DNA from: Candidatus Babelota bacterium
GTDB lineage: Bacteria; Babelota; Babeliae; Babelales; JAUPTZ01
Assembly: GCA_030917815.1 (NCBI GenBank)
Contig: JAUPTZ010000001.1
Span: 2,102-66,101 of the forward strand
Length of the DNA: 64,000 bases
Direction: 5' to 3'
Both the position numbers and the translations under genes were made by a program. Each line of letters opens with the position of its first letter. The stretch's first letter is position 1. The notes under the pieces were generated by a model. It made no database searches. It saw nothing but the letters and a program-made list of their open reading frames with translations, and had not been told where the DNA came from. Shown here in pieces: positions 50,751-59,427 of the stretch.

Positions 50751-52556
50751 GTGAACACAAAAGCATATTTTTTTCTACTGGGTTGTCTATGGTATAGCGT
50801 AGGTCTGGTTGGCTTTGTCGATGATGCACCTCCTAGTACAACAGAACAAGTTTTTCTTGATAAGCTTGAGCAGATGTCTGATGCCGAGATTGAGGCGTTG
50901 CTTGCTCAAGAGGGTATTGATGGGCAAGAGGTTGCTTCGGTCGTTCGTAATGAACTAAAAACGCTTATTGACCAGCCTCAAACGCGCCTTCCTGCGGGGA
51001 TGATGATCAGTAGTGCTGCGCAACAGCCGGCGCCCCCCGTAACGCTTTCAGATCTGATTGCTCGGGAGCAGAGTAAGAGTGGTGAAGATGATAGCTTTTT
51101 AAGGCATTATTTAACGTTTTATTCTTCGCCTGACTGCGAGTCTATTCCTGCTCCAAAGCCGGCAATCGAAGAGGTGTACACTAAGCTTCTTGATTTTATC
51201 GAAACGAAGGTCCGTGGGCGACGGCTTGAGGCGGTTGCAATGGTTGCATTTATTGTATATCGACAGCTTTCTTGGTTTTACTTGCAATACATTAAAGAGC
51301 AACTAGATGAGAAAGGGTTATCTGGCCGTGCGTATGACTATTCATATGCCGAGTCATTTCTTGGGCTGCTGGGGTTCAATTCCCGTGCGCTTGCCTACAC
51401 CGACCTCTTCATTCGGGTGTCGGTCTGTAGTATGCGTCTCTATCTTGACCTATCTTCATGGATGAAAGAGTTTAAGGAAGGCATGTTTTTTGCCGATCCT
51501 GATGGTTTCCTGCGATTGTTTAAAAATCATCTTCATCGTGCACAATTTATGTTTAAGAATCATGATTACTATGGCATTCATCTTTCGCTGATTAAGAAAG
51601 TGGTGTTGGGCCTTGCTCTGCCATTTACCTGGGCCGGGCTCTTTTCGAAAAAATCACCAGGGGCGCCATTCCATAATCCTATCTTTCAAAGTGCTCTTGC
51701 CGGGTTTTCTCGGCAACTGAGTTATGAAGCTGGATGGAATGCCCAACAGCGCTTTGAGCTGAAGGTGCCGCAAGAACTGCAAAAAAAGTTGTTTAATAAG
51801 AGTGGTGGATTGATTAGAGAGCGGCTTTTTGTTGATATGTCGCAGTGGATAGGTCGTTATGTTGGGCGGCGCTATGCCTACAATCAAGATATTGAAGCCT
51901 CAACATATTTTGGCAGAAAAGTTGGTAAGTATACGCTCCGTCATGTTTATCTTCATATTCTTATTAATATGATTCGATCGGCTACCCGTCATGGAGCGCT
52001 TCAAGCCACCGGATGGGTGTCGCATAAAGTAGGTCTATTGCTTACTAAGATTGGCTTCTTCAGCGAAAATCCTGCCGATGCTAGTCGGCAGTGGCTGCAC
52101 CGCGAGTGCGTTTCCAATGGTTTGATTGAGGAAGGCCAGCCGTTGGAAGAGGTGCTTGTGTATCCGGCCGCTATTTTTCCGGGAGCCTTTGCGCGTGCGG
52201 TACGTACCGTTATTACAAAACAAAAGCTCGCTCCTGTTCTAGTAAAGAACTCGGCCTTTATCGCTCATCTTAACGCGATGCATGGCATATCGCCGTATGA
52301 TCTATTGCGCATGATGTCGATTAACCCTATGGCACCACAGCAGATGTCGTCTCATGTAACCAGTGTAAAGAGTGCGGTGTCTCCCGAGGATTGGCATAAA
52401 ATATTAACGGCATTCCTGAATGAGTTGGTTCTTGAGGTCTTCTTTGATCGCCAACGCATTATCTGTCAGGTTATTACTGAGCCTCTGCTTGCATTGGCAA
52501 GTAAGCCGGTGTTGCATTCTCTGTATGGTGAGTTTTTACCGAAGAAGAAAAAATAA
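50751..52556 (+). CDS. hypothetical protein (601 aa) with an N-terminal signal or anchor
   Basis: GTG start is preceded by GGGCGAGGGTAAG. N-terminus MNTKAYFFLLGCLWYSVGLVGFV. No motif recognised. Confidence 0.7.
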   Translation: MNTKAYFFLLGCLWYSVGLVGFVDDAPPSTTEQVFLDKLEQMSDAEIEALLAQEGIDGQEVASVVRNELKTLIDQPQTRLPAGMMISSAAQQPAPPVTLSDLIAREQSKSGEDDSFLRHYLTFYSSPDCESIPAPKPAIEEVYTKLLDFIETKVRGRRLEAVAMVAFIVYRQLSWFYLQYIKEQLDEKGLSGRAYDYSYAESFLGLLGFNSRALAYTDLFIRVSVCSMRLYLDLSSWMKEFKEGMFFADPDGFLRLFKNHLHRAQFMFKNHDYYGIHLSLIKKVVLGLALPFTWAGLFSKKSPGAPFHNPIFQSALAGFSRQLSYEAGWNAQQRFELKVPQELQKKLFNKSGGLIRERLFVDMSQWIGRYVGRRYAYNQDIEASTYFGRKVGKYTLRHVYLHILINMIRSATRHGALQATGWVSHKVGLLLTKIGFFSENPADASRQWLHRECVSNGLIEEGQPLEEVLVYPAAIFPGAFARAVRTVITKQKLAPVLVKNSAFIAHLNAMHGISPYDLLRMMSINPMAPQQMSSHVTSVKSAVSPEDWHKILTAFLNELVLEVFFDRQRIICQVITEPLLALASKPVLHSLYGEFLPKKKK

Positions 52557-52581
52557 TAAAACTTGTGTGGATATATGAAAA

Positions 52582-52612
52582 AAGAGGCTTAACCGATTCG
52601 GTTAAGCCTCTT
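52582..52612 (+). terminator. rho-independent terminator
   Basis: AAGAGGCTTAACC / GGTTAAGCCTCTT 13-bp stem followed by TTTTAATTTTT. Confidence 0.75.
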
Positions 52613-52620
52613 TTAATTTT

Positions 52621-52695
52621 TGGCTGGGGCGGAAGGGATCGAACCTCCGAATGGCGGCTCCAAAAACCGCTGCCTTACCACTTGGCGACGCCCCA
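52621..52695 (-). tRNA. tRNA-Gln (anticodon TTG), CCA encoded
   Basis: The reverse complement TGGGGCGTCGCCAAGTGGTAAGGCAGCGGTTTTTGGAGCCGCCATTCGGAGGTTCGATCCCTTCCGCCCCAGCCA folds as a cloverleaf. The anticodon loop is TT-TTG-GA, and it closely resembles bacterial tRNA-Gln. Confidence 0.9.
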
Positions 52696-52716
52696 GCAAA
52701 ATTTTACGATATTGTA

Positions 52717-53079
52717 CTACCTTTTTTTATTTTCCTCAATCAGTGGATGAGATTTTTTAATTTCTTCGGCCACTATTTCGTTAAGCTCTTCTGCTTCACC
52801 CTCATCACGCTCGGCAAAGCCAGAGTTTTTTGCAATGTGATATGCCTCAAGAACTTTACGCTCTATGATTTGACGCATCTCATTATTGAGAGGATGGGCT
52901 ATGTCTTTAAACGTTCCGTCTTTCTTGCGACGCGATGGCATCGAAACAAACAGTCCAAGCGCGCTTTCCACAAGTTTAACTTCCCGAACAATAAAACTAT
53001 TATCGAATGTTAAACTCACGTAGGCTCGCAGACGTCCGCCAAGAGAGACCGGGTAGATCTTTACCTCTGTAATTTCCAT
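52717..53079 (-). CDS. spoVG: SpoVG family protein
   Basis: MEITEVKIYPV...LRAYVSLTFDNSFIVREVKLVES..GLFVSMPSRRKKDGTFKDIAHPLN is canonical SpoVG. ATG 53079 is used; the ORF-track start 53106 adds 9 aa. There is a ~25-aa acidic C-terminal extension. Confidence 0.9.
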   Translation of the reverse strand: MEITEVKIYPVSLGGRLRAYVSLTFDNSFIVREVKLVESALGLFVSMPSRRKKDGTFKDIAHPLNNEMRQIIERKVLEAYHIAKNSGFAERDEGEAEELNEIVAEEIKKSHPLIEENKKR

Positions 53080-53323
53080 TGATATCCCAAGATAATACTG
53101 ATGCATGTTACATTAAGGTGCCGTTAGGCGACCGTCAGGCTTCAGTATACCCGGTTAACCACAAGAGCTGGTGTCAAAAATCATTGGAGTTATTCATGTC
53201 TTGGTGTCGTGCCGAATATAACTAATTATACGCCAGCACGTTTTACTGCACTGCTCGCACGTTGTGGGGGAAATGATACGAGTTCTTACGTCGGTTGTCA
53301 ATAGTGTTTTGGCCCGTTTAGTT

Positions 53324-54238
53324 CTAGCGTTTTTGGGCAACCCGCATCTTTGCTGAACGAGAGGCGCGGTTACGGAGAACTTCCTCTTCGCTCGGTGAGA
53401 GTGGCTTACGTGTTATAATCTCTAGCGCATCGGGATGATCCCTGAAGAAATCTTTAACGATGCGATCTTCAAGCGAATGAAAGCTGATGCAGACCAGGCG
53501 TCCGCCTGGCTTGATCATCGAAAGAACATTCTTGAGGTAAATCTCAATGTTTTCTAATTCTTTATTCACAAAAATACGGAGTGCTTGAAAGGTTTTAGTT
53601 GCCGGATGAATTCGCTGATAACCACGTACCGGCACTAATTTTTGTATTAGGTCGGCCAGTTGCTTTGTCGTGGCAAAATAGGTTCCCGCCGTGCGTGCAT
53701 CGACGATAGCAGCCGCTATTTTACGCGACATTGTATCTTCGCCGTATTTATAAATGATATCGGCGATTTGATTTTGTGTGAATCGGTTAACGACATAGGC
53801 AGCATTGAAGTAATGATGTCCCTTCGACATGCGCATATCAAGAGGGGTGTCGTTGTTGAATGAGAAACCATCTTCATGCTTAATCTGGAATGCAGAGGTA
53901 CCAAAGTCGGCAAGGGCGCCGTCAATTTTAGTAATGCCATGCTTCTTGAGTAATTTGTAGCAGTTGGCAAAGTTACCCCACTCAGGGATAAATCGCTTGC
54001 CAAATTCTTCGGTGAGGGCAGGAGCGTTGTGCTTAATCGCTTCCTTATCCCAGTCGAGTGCGATAACTCGGCAGGTTGGGTCGCTTGTAAGTAGCTTGCG
54101 CGTATGACCGCCACCGCCAAATGTTGCGTCAAGATAGGTGCCGCCCGGTTTTACTACCAGGTTTTCCACCGCTTCTTCAAGAAGGACGGTGGTATGATAA
54201 ACGTTAATTATATCGAGGTTGGTATCTGATGTTTTCAC
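53324..54238 (-). CDS. rsmH: 16S rRNA (cytosine1402-N4)-methyltransferase RsmH
   Basis: HTTVLLEEAVENL..GGTYLDATFGGGGHTRKLL, DLGTS-like FGTSAFQ and SFHSLEDRIVK are RsmH/MraW motifs. Confidence 0.93.
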   Translation of the reverse strand: MKTSDTNLDIINVYHTTVLLEEAVENLVVKPGGTYLDATFGGGGHTRKLLTSDPTCRVIALDWDKEAIKHNAPALTEEFGKRFIPEWGNFANCYKLLKKHGITKIDGALADFGTSAFQIKHEDGFSFNNDTPLDMRMSKGHHYFNAAYVVNRFTQNQIADIIYKYGEDTMSRKIAAAIVDARTAGTYFATTKQLADLIQKLVPVRGYQRIHPATKTFQALRIFVNKELENIEIYLKNVLSMIKPGGRLVCISFHSLEDRIVKDFFRDHPDALEIITRKPLSPSEEEVLRNRASRSAKMRVAQKR

Positions 54239-55127
54239 TTTTTGAATTCGTTATTTTACGAGGTTCTTTAACTACAAAGTCAATTACGTCCCCCATTATG
54301 CCATATTTTTGGCTTTTTAGTATAACTTTTCTGTTTTCAAGTGCCGAAAGCAGTCCAAGGTTAATTGTTTGATGGCCCTCGAGAAGCTGATACGTAGAGT
54401 CGTACGCCTGTTTTTTCTCCGATTCATCAAAGATGGCTAGGAAGCCGCGGGTGTATTTTCGATCATATTGGTTGGTCATGGTATCAACGTCGATTACGCC
54501 GGTTTGATCAGGCTCAATTTTGATTACCGGTGATTTGTCGTAGCGCCATATTGGCATATCTTCTTTCTTTTCATAGATGAATGCGGTGGCGTAGAGTGGC
54601 TTGCCTGATCTATTTTCTACGGCAAAATCCAGCTCTGGTATGGCATGTGGTTTTGCGTTGTCAGGTACAAAGCTGTAGTCGAAAATGTCGCCGACAACAC
54701 CATATTTTTCTATGCCGAGTAATACTGTTTTATCACGGAGTTTCTGTAAGCGATCGAGATCGATTTTGTTTGCATCGGCCAAAAGTTCATAAATTGCATT
54801 GTCGGCTTCTTCGTAGGTAGTAAAGACCCCAAGGACGCCAAGTGCATCGGGTACACTGCGTGGTGATTTGAATGTGTCGATGGTGATGATGACATCTTTG
54901 TCTGGAATAAGCTCATACACGTTGGTTTTCTGCCAGCGCCAGCGAGGGGATTGTTCTTTTTTGATGTAGGCAAAGCAGGTCGCATAGAGGGCGCGCTTGG
55001 TGATGTTTCGTATCTTTACCGCCAGAGTGCACTCTGATTGAGCTGCTTTCGCACCTGGTTGATCGAAAGCACATCCGGTAATGTACAAAATCAGTAGAGA
55101 TAAGCCAAGATAGGTATGGATACGCAT
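54204..55127 (-). CDS. lipoprotein of unknown function with an internal two-module duplication
   Basis: Lipobox LLILYITGC. Module 1 is RNITKRALYATCFAYIKKEQSPRWRW...KYGVVGDIFDYSFVP. Module 2 is ENRSGKPLYATAFIYEKKEDMPIWRY...KYGIMGDVIDFVVKEP. The 3' end overlaps the rsmH start by 35 nt. Confidence 0.7.
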   Translation of the reverse strand: MRIHTYLGLSLLILYITGCAFDQPGAKAAQSECTLAVKIRNITKRALYATCFAYIKKEQSPRWRWQKTNVYELIPDKDVIITIDTFKSPRSVPDALGVLGVFTTYEEADNAIYELLADANKIDLDRLQKLRDKTVLLGIEKYGVVGDIFDYSFVPDNAKPHAIPELDFAVENRSGKPLYATAFIYEKKEDMPIWRYDKSPVIKIEPDQTGVIDVDTMTNQYDRKYTRGFLAIFDESEKKQAYDSTYQLLEGHQTINLGLLSALENRKVILKSQKYGIMGDVIDFVVKEPRKITNSKSENIRYQPRYN

Positions 55128-55204
55128 GCTAGAGCCTTTTTTTTATGATTTGGTATTTCAACGCTACCATAGCATGCATGACAGGATAATCAGAATATTT
55201 TTGT

Positions 55205-56626
55205 TTAGCGGTTAAGAATCTCTTCTTCTAGGCGTTGTATTTTGCCGGCAAATACTCGATCGGCTTTGCGACGCTCCTCTACGGTCGTGATAGCGTGAAT
55301 GATGGTAGAGTGATCGCGACCATTTAAAAATTGGCCGATTGCCTGGAGTGAGTGATTGGTCAGTTTCTTCATGATGTAACAAGCGATTTGCCGTGCGGCT
55401 GAGACATCTTTATTGCGATTTTTTGATTTGAGGTCGGCCATGGTTATGCCGCATTTTTTTGCGATCTGAGAAGCGACGTCGTGCAGATCAATGGTTTGTG
55501 GTCGTGGTTCATTAAAGTTGAGCAATACTCGCTTTGCAAGGGCTAGTGAGATTGTTTGTCCAGTTAGTGAGGCAAAGGCATCAACTCGAATCAATGCGCC
55601 TTCGAGCTGACGGATGTTGGTGTGTACGCGACTGGCAATGAAGTGACTCACTTCATCATCAAGGGTTATGTTGTGTTGTTCTGCTTTTTTGGTGAGAATG
55701 GCTATTTTTGTTTCCAGATCAGGTGTTTGCATATCTGCAACCAAGCCCCATTCCATGCGGGAGGTGAGTCGGCTTTGCAGGCCTTTTATCTCTTCGGGGA
55801 AGGTGTCGCTTGAGAGCACAATTTGCTTCTTTTGTTCGTACAAAGCGTTGAAGATATGAAAAAACGTTTCTTGTGTTTGTTCTTTGTTGGAGAAGAACTG
55901 AATATCGTCGATAAGTAAAAGGTCGAGGCTTAGATAGCGATCGCGAAACTGGTGTGCCTTGTCGAAGCGAATAGCTCGAATAAAGTCGTGCATGAATTGA
56001 TCGGAGGTCTCATAGCGAACGCGAATATCAGGGCATTGCCTTTTTGCTTCGTTGCCAATGGCATGAAGAAGATGGGTTTTGCCTAGGCCGGTGCCACCAT
56101 AAATAAAAAGTGGGTTGTAGACCGTGCCTAACGATTGACTTACCGCGTACGATGCCCCGTGGGCGAGTGAGTTACTTGGACCTACGACGAATGTATCAAA
56201 GGTATAGAGTTCATTGAGCGGTTGCTGTTCGCGAGGCTTTGTCGGTGTAGTGTGTGGCACCAACTGAGAAGATCCCATTTTTGTTATAGTTGCCGGTCTA
56301 AATGTTGGCATCAAATGGTTTAACTCGGTCGAGTCGACCGGTTTTTCAACATTTCTTTTTTCGGTTTGGGGTCCGGCAAAAATGATAATGATGCTTGCGG
56401 TATTAAGGAGGCGCTTGAGATGGGTTACCAGAAGGCTGTGGTAATGCTCTTGAATCCAGTTACTTACGAATGAGTTTGGCATTATCAGTGTGATTTCTTG
56501 GCGATCAATGTTGATGGCATCTAAGGAAACAGCCTTGAACCAGGTTTCTACAACCTGACTTCCGGCTTCTTCTTTAGCAATTTTCAAAAATTCTTCCCAT
56601 ATTACATGAGGGTGGAGATGCCGCAT
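55205..56626 (-). CDS. dnaA: chromosomal replication initiator DnaA
   Basis: GGTGLGKTHLLHAIGNE, LLIDDIQF, SDTFP, the box VII region and the C-terminal DNA-binding domain (SAARQIACYIMKKLT..SLQAIGQFLNGRDHSTIIHA). Confidence 0.97.
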   Translation of the reverse strand: MRHLHPHVIWEEFLKIAKEEAGSQVVETWFKAVSLDAINIDRQEITLIMPNSFVSNWIQEHYHSLLVTHLKRLLNTASIIIIFAGPQTEKRNVEKPVDSTELNHLMPTFRPATITKMGSSQLVPHTTPTKPREQQPLNELYTFDTFVVGPSNSLAHGASYAVSQSLGTVYNPLFIYGGTGLGKTHLLHAIGNEAKRQCPDIRVRYETSDQFMHDFIRAIRFDKAHQFRDRYLSLDLLLIDDIQFFSNKEQTQETFFHIFNALYEQKKQIVLSSDTFPEEIKGLQSRLTSRMEWGLVADMQTPDLETKIAILTKKAEQHNITLDDEVSHFIASRVHTNIRQLEGALIRVDAFASLTGQTISLALAKRVLLNFNEPRPQTIDLHDVASQIAKKCGITMADLKSKNRNKDVSAARQIACYIMKKLTNHSLQAIGQFLNGRDHSTIIHAITTVEERRKADRVFAGKIQRLEEEILNR

Positions 56627-56754
56627 AATGCTACCGTTTATGAAGTTTGGTTTTAATGGATGACTGGTGTAATGTATCTCAGATTTTTCTTTTGGCTGTC
56701 AATGGGTGGCGAAGTATAGCAGAATCTTGCGTCTCTTGATAACTGATTCGTACC

Positions 56755-57369
56755 ATGTCGAGAAAGAGGAGTCGTGTGAAAAAGGTACTTATTTTTTTGA
56801 GTTGTGTCATCTGGAGCTGGTTTTTGGCCGCGACGTACGTGTTTGAACCGTTGTTTGAGACTGGTGGGCGTGCCCCGAGTGTTTGGCATGAGAGTGATGC
56901 GCGGGTGCGGTTGATACAATCACCGGAAGAGCTCATTGAGGCCGGCTTGGCGCCTGGGGTTCGTGGGCTGCTTTTAATAGGAGAGAAAAGATTTTTTGAT
57001 GAGATATTGCCGGTTCCCCCCAGTATCCCTGAGGATCGAAAAATTTTTGCTTTAGATATGACGACGCATCGGTATGTAGTGCATGCGATTGCGAAAACGG
57101 TAAAAATTCGTTCTTTCCCGGCATCTTGCGCCGTTGTGTTTGTCGATGGTGCACTTCGGTTGCCACCGATTATGTTTCAACAAGGAGCTCGAGATGCTTT
57201 TTGGCGGCAATGTGCCGAAGAAGAAGTAGCGCCAGAGGCTCAGTCGCCACAAGGAGTTGCTTTTCTAGGGGACTATATGTATGAAATAGCTCAATCCTTG
57301 TATTATGGTTTGCAAAATGCGTACCATTGGATTATCGGTATTAAAGAACTTTTTACAGTTCAGCGATAG
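56755..57369 (+). CDS. hypothetical membrane-anchored protein (204 aa)
   Basis: Basic N-terminus followed by the TM VLIFLSCVIWSWFLAATYVF. No motif recognised. Confidence 0.5.
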   Translation: MSRKRSRVKKVLIFLSCVIWSWFLAATYVFEPLFETGGRAPSVWHESDARVRLIQSPEELIEAGLAPGVRGLLLIGEKRFFDEILPVPPSIPEDRKIFALDMTTHRYVVHAIAKTVKIRSFPASCAVVFVDGALRLPPIMFQQGARDAFWRQCAEEEVAPEAQSPQGVAFLGDYMYEIAQSLYYGLQNAYHWIIGIKELFTVQR

Positions 57370-57387
57370 TCTGAAGCGGGGCTTTAT

Positions 57388-59400
57388 ATGTTTCCTATGG
57401 TGTGGCGATATCAGCGCATTATACTGAGCTTTTTTTTGTTGATGCCAGCATGTTCGTCGGCCAATATTTTTGATGATTTATTTAAGGTTGCTATTGGTGG
57501 TGCCGTTGCGGCAAATCAGGTGCGGCAAGCGGCGACGAGTATAGGTGCGGCGGCTACAACGGTTGGTAGTGCGGCAGGTCAGGCTACTGGCGGCGGCGGT
57601 CTTGGTGCGTTTTTAAATAATCAAGCAAAAGCGTTTGCTGCCGACTTAGCGCAAGCTGGAACTGGTGTTGGCACTGGTTTGACGAATGGTCTAACGCAAA
57701 GTGTCAATGGACTTAATACTGGGTTAACCAACAGTGTAAATACGCTTGCTAATACGGTAAATGCCAACGGGCAGATGCTTAATAGCACGGCACTCTATGG
57801 CATTGGTACGGCACAGAATGTCTCGCAACAGGGGATTGATGCTGCCAATCTTAATGCGCTGGCATTGAATGCCACGGCGAACAATGCAGTGAATACGGCA
57901 AACGCGCAGGGTACTGCATGGAATACGACGGCCCAGCAATCGATTGCATCGGCAAATACTACCGCTCAGCAAGCAATTAATACGGCAAATACCACGGCCG
58001 TGAATACGGCCAACATGGCCAACACAACGGCAAACAATGCGGTGAATGCGGCTAACACGACGGCAAATGCACAAAGTGCGGCTTGGAATGCGACGGCTCA
58101 ACAGTCTGCCAACATGGCCAATGCCACGGCGAACAATACAATGAATGCGGCTAACACGACGGCAAACAATGCGGTGAATGCGGCTAATACGACGGCAAAT
58201 GCACAAAGTGCGGCTTGGAATACGACGGCTCAACAGTCTGCCGACATGGCCAATGCCACAGCGAACAATACAATGAATGCGGCCACTACAACGGCACAAT
58301 CGGCGGTTGATGCCGCAAATGCGCAGGGATCATCTTTTAATACTGCGATGAATGCAGCAAATGCCGCAACACAGCAAAATATTAATGCGACCGGCACTCA
58401 ATTAAATAACAATCTACAAGATCTTGGTACTGCGATGCAGCAAGGAGCTGCTGCGGTGAATAGCTCGGCTCAGCAGAGTACGGCGGCATTTAATAATGCC
58501 GTTCAGGGTGCTAATGCCACCGCCGGTGCTATTGCGGGAAGTCTCGCTTCTGTATCACCGGCCTCATTCGCGCCTACTTTAGTAATTGCGCCAACAAGCG
58601 GCGATATTGCCTGGTTTGCGACGCAGACATTGAATGGTACGTTGCAGCCAATATTTACGGCAGCTGGTGGGCAAATCTTTACTTTGGCAAAAACTTCATT
58701 AACAACACTTGCCGGGTCCTTATTGGCAGTTAAGAGCGCTCTTCTTATCCAGATGCGTGCTGATAAGTTCAAGAAGCTTACGAATGCACAATTCAAAGAG
58801 TACTTGGCCGATAAAACTGCCGAACTTCAAGCAAAAAACAATAACATTGCTGATGGCACCGCTGATAGTGTTGCGCGTATGGTAACCGGTCTTGATGGTG
58901 ACTATTACGTGCCGTATATGACATCGGCATTTACCACGCAAATTACGCAGGCTAAACAATCGTTTGTTAATAATTATTCTCCGCTTGTACAGGACGCTAT
59001 ACGGCAAGCGCAACCGGCCTTATTTGGTCCATTCTTTACATCGTATTCTTCTTATGAGAGTGCGGCGTCGATTAACAATAGTTTACAAAGCGCAGCCAAT
59101 AGTGCTAATGGTACAGTGACGCGTACGATTAATGGTATTACTGTGACGACAACCGGTTCCTTGGATGGTGCAAGTACCTCTGTGGCCACCTCGATGACTA
59201 ATGCTGGCACTGCAACTGCCACAGCGTATCAAACAGCGATGCAGAATGCTGGACTGACGTCGGCGCCATCGACGATTACTCCGGCTGTAGCGGCACAGCA
59301 GGTTGATCCGACGCGCAGCACGATTGGTGGTCAAACGCAAACAGTGGTAAATTCGACAACCGGTGCTACAACTACTGTTGTAGGGCGTCGTGGTGGATAA
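57388..59400 (+). CDS. secreted N/A/T/Q-rich repeat protein (670 aa)
   Basis: Signal-like IILSFFLLMPACSSANI followed by a long low-complexity region with 44-aa repeats (NTTANNAVNAANTTANAQSAAWN(A/T)TAQQSA(N/D)MANATANNTMNAA). The C-terminal ~250 aa are more complex. Confidence 0.75.
   Translation: MFPMVWRYQRIILSFFLLMPACSSANIFDDLFKVAIGGAVAANQVRQAATSIGAAATTVGSAAGQATGGGGLGAFLNNQAKAFAADLAQAGTGVGTGLTNGLTQSVNGLNTGLTNSVNTLANTVNANGQMLNSTALYGIGTAQNVSQQGIDAANLNALALNATANNAVNTANAQGTAWNTTAQQSIASANTTAQQAINTANTTAVNTANMANTTANNAVNAANTTANAQSAAWNATAQQSANMANATANNTMNAANTTANNAVNAANTTANAQSAAWNTTAQQSADMANATANNTMNAATTTAQSAVDAANAQGSSFNTAMNAANAATQQNINATGTQLNNNLQDLGTAMQQGAAAVNSSAQQSTAAFNNAVQGANATAGAIAGSLASVSPASFAPTLVIAPTSGDIAWFATQTLNGTLQPIFTAAGGQIFTLAKTSLTTLAGSLLAVKSALLIQMRADKFKKLTNAQFKEYLADKTAELQAKNNNIADGTADSVARMVTGLDGDYYVPYMTSAFTTQITQAKQSFVNNYSPLVQDAIRQAQPALFGPFFTSYSSYESAASINNSLQSAANSANGTVTRTINGITVTTTGSLDGASTSVATSMTNAGTATATAYQTAMQNAGLTSAPSTITPAVAAQQVDPTRSTIGGQTQTVVNSTTGATTTVVGRRGG
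58021..58284 (+). repeat. 132-nt coding tandem repeat, two near-identical copies flanked by degenerate copies (~57870..58330)
   Basis: AACAC(A/G)ACGGCAAACAATGCGGTGAATGCGGCTAA... recurs at 58021 and 58153 with only a few substitutions. Confidence 0.9.
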
Positions 59401-59427
59401 TAACTATGATGAGCAGGAGAGCTTGGT

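Noticed and set aside
53107-53323. 217-nt gap upstream of spoVG, examined for SRP (4.5S) RNA or another ncRNA; it contains GTCAGGC-like strings.
   Set aside because: The conserved SRP domain IV motifs (GGAA/AGCAG symmetric loop) were not found on either strand. It is most simply the spoVG promoter and 5' leader.
57870-58330. Regularly spaced direct repeats, considered as a possible CRISPR-like array.
   Set aside because: The 132-nt period with no unique spacers lies entirely within a long ORF and translates into a 44-aa protein repeat, so it is a coding tandem repeat.
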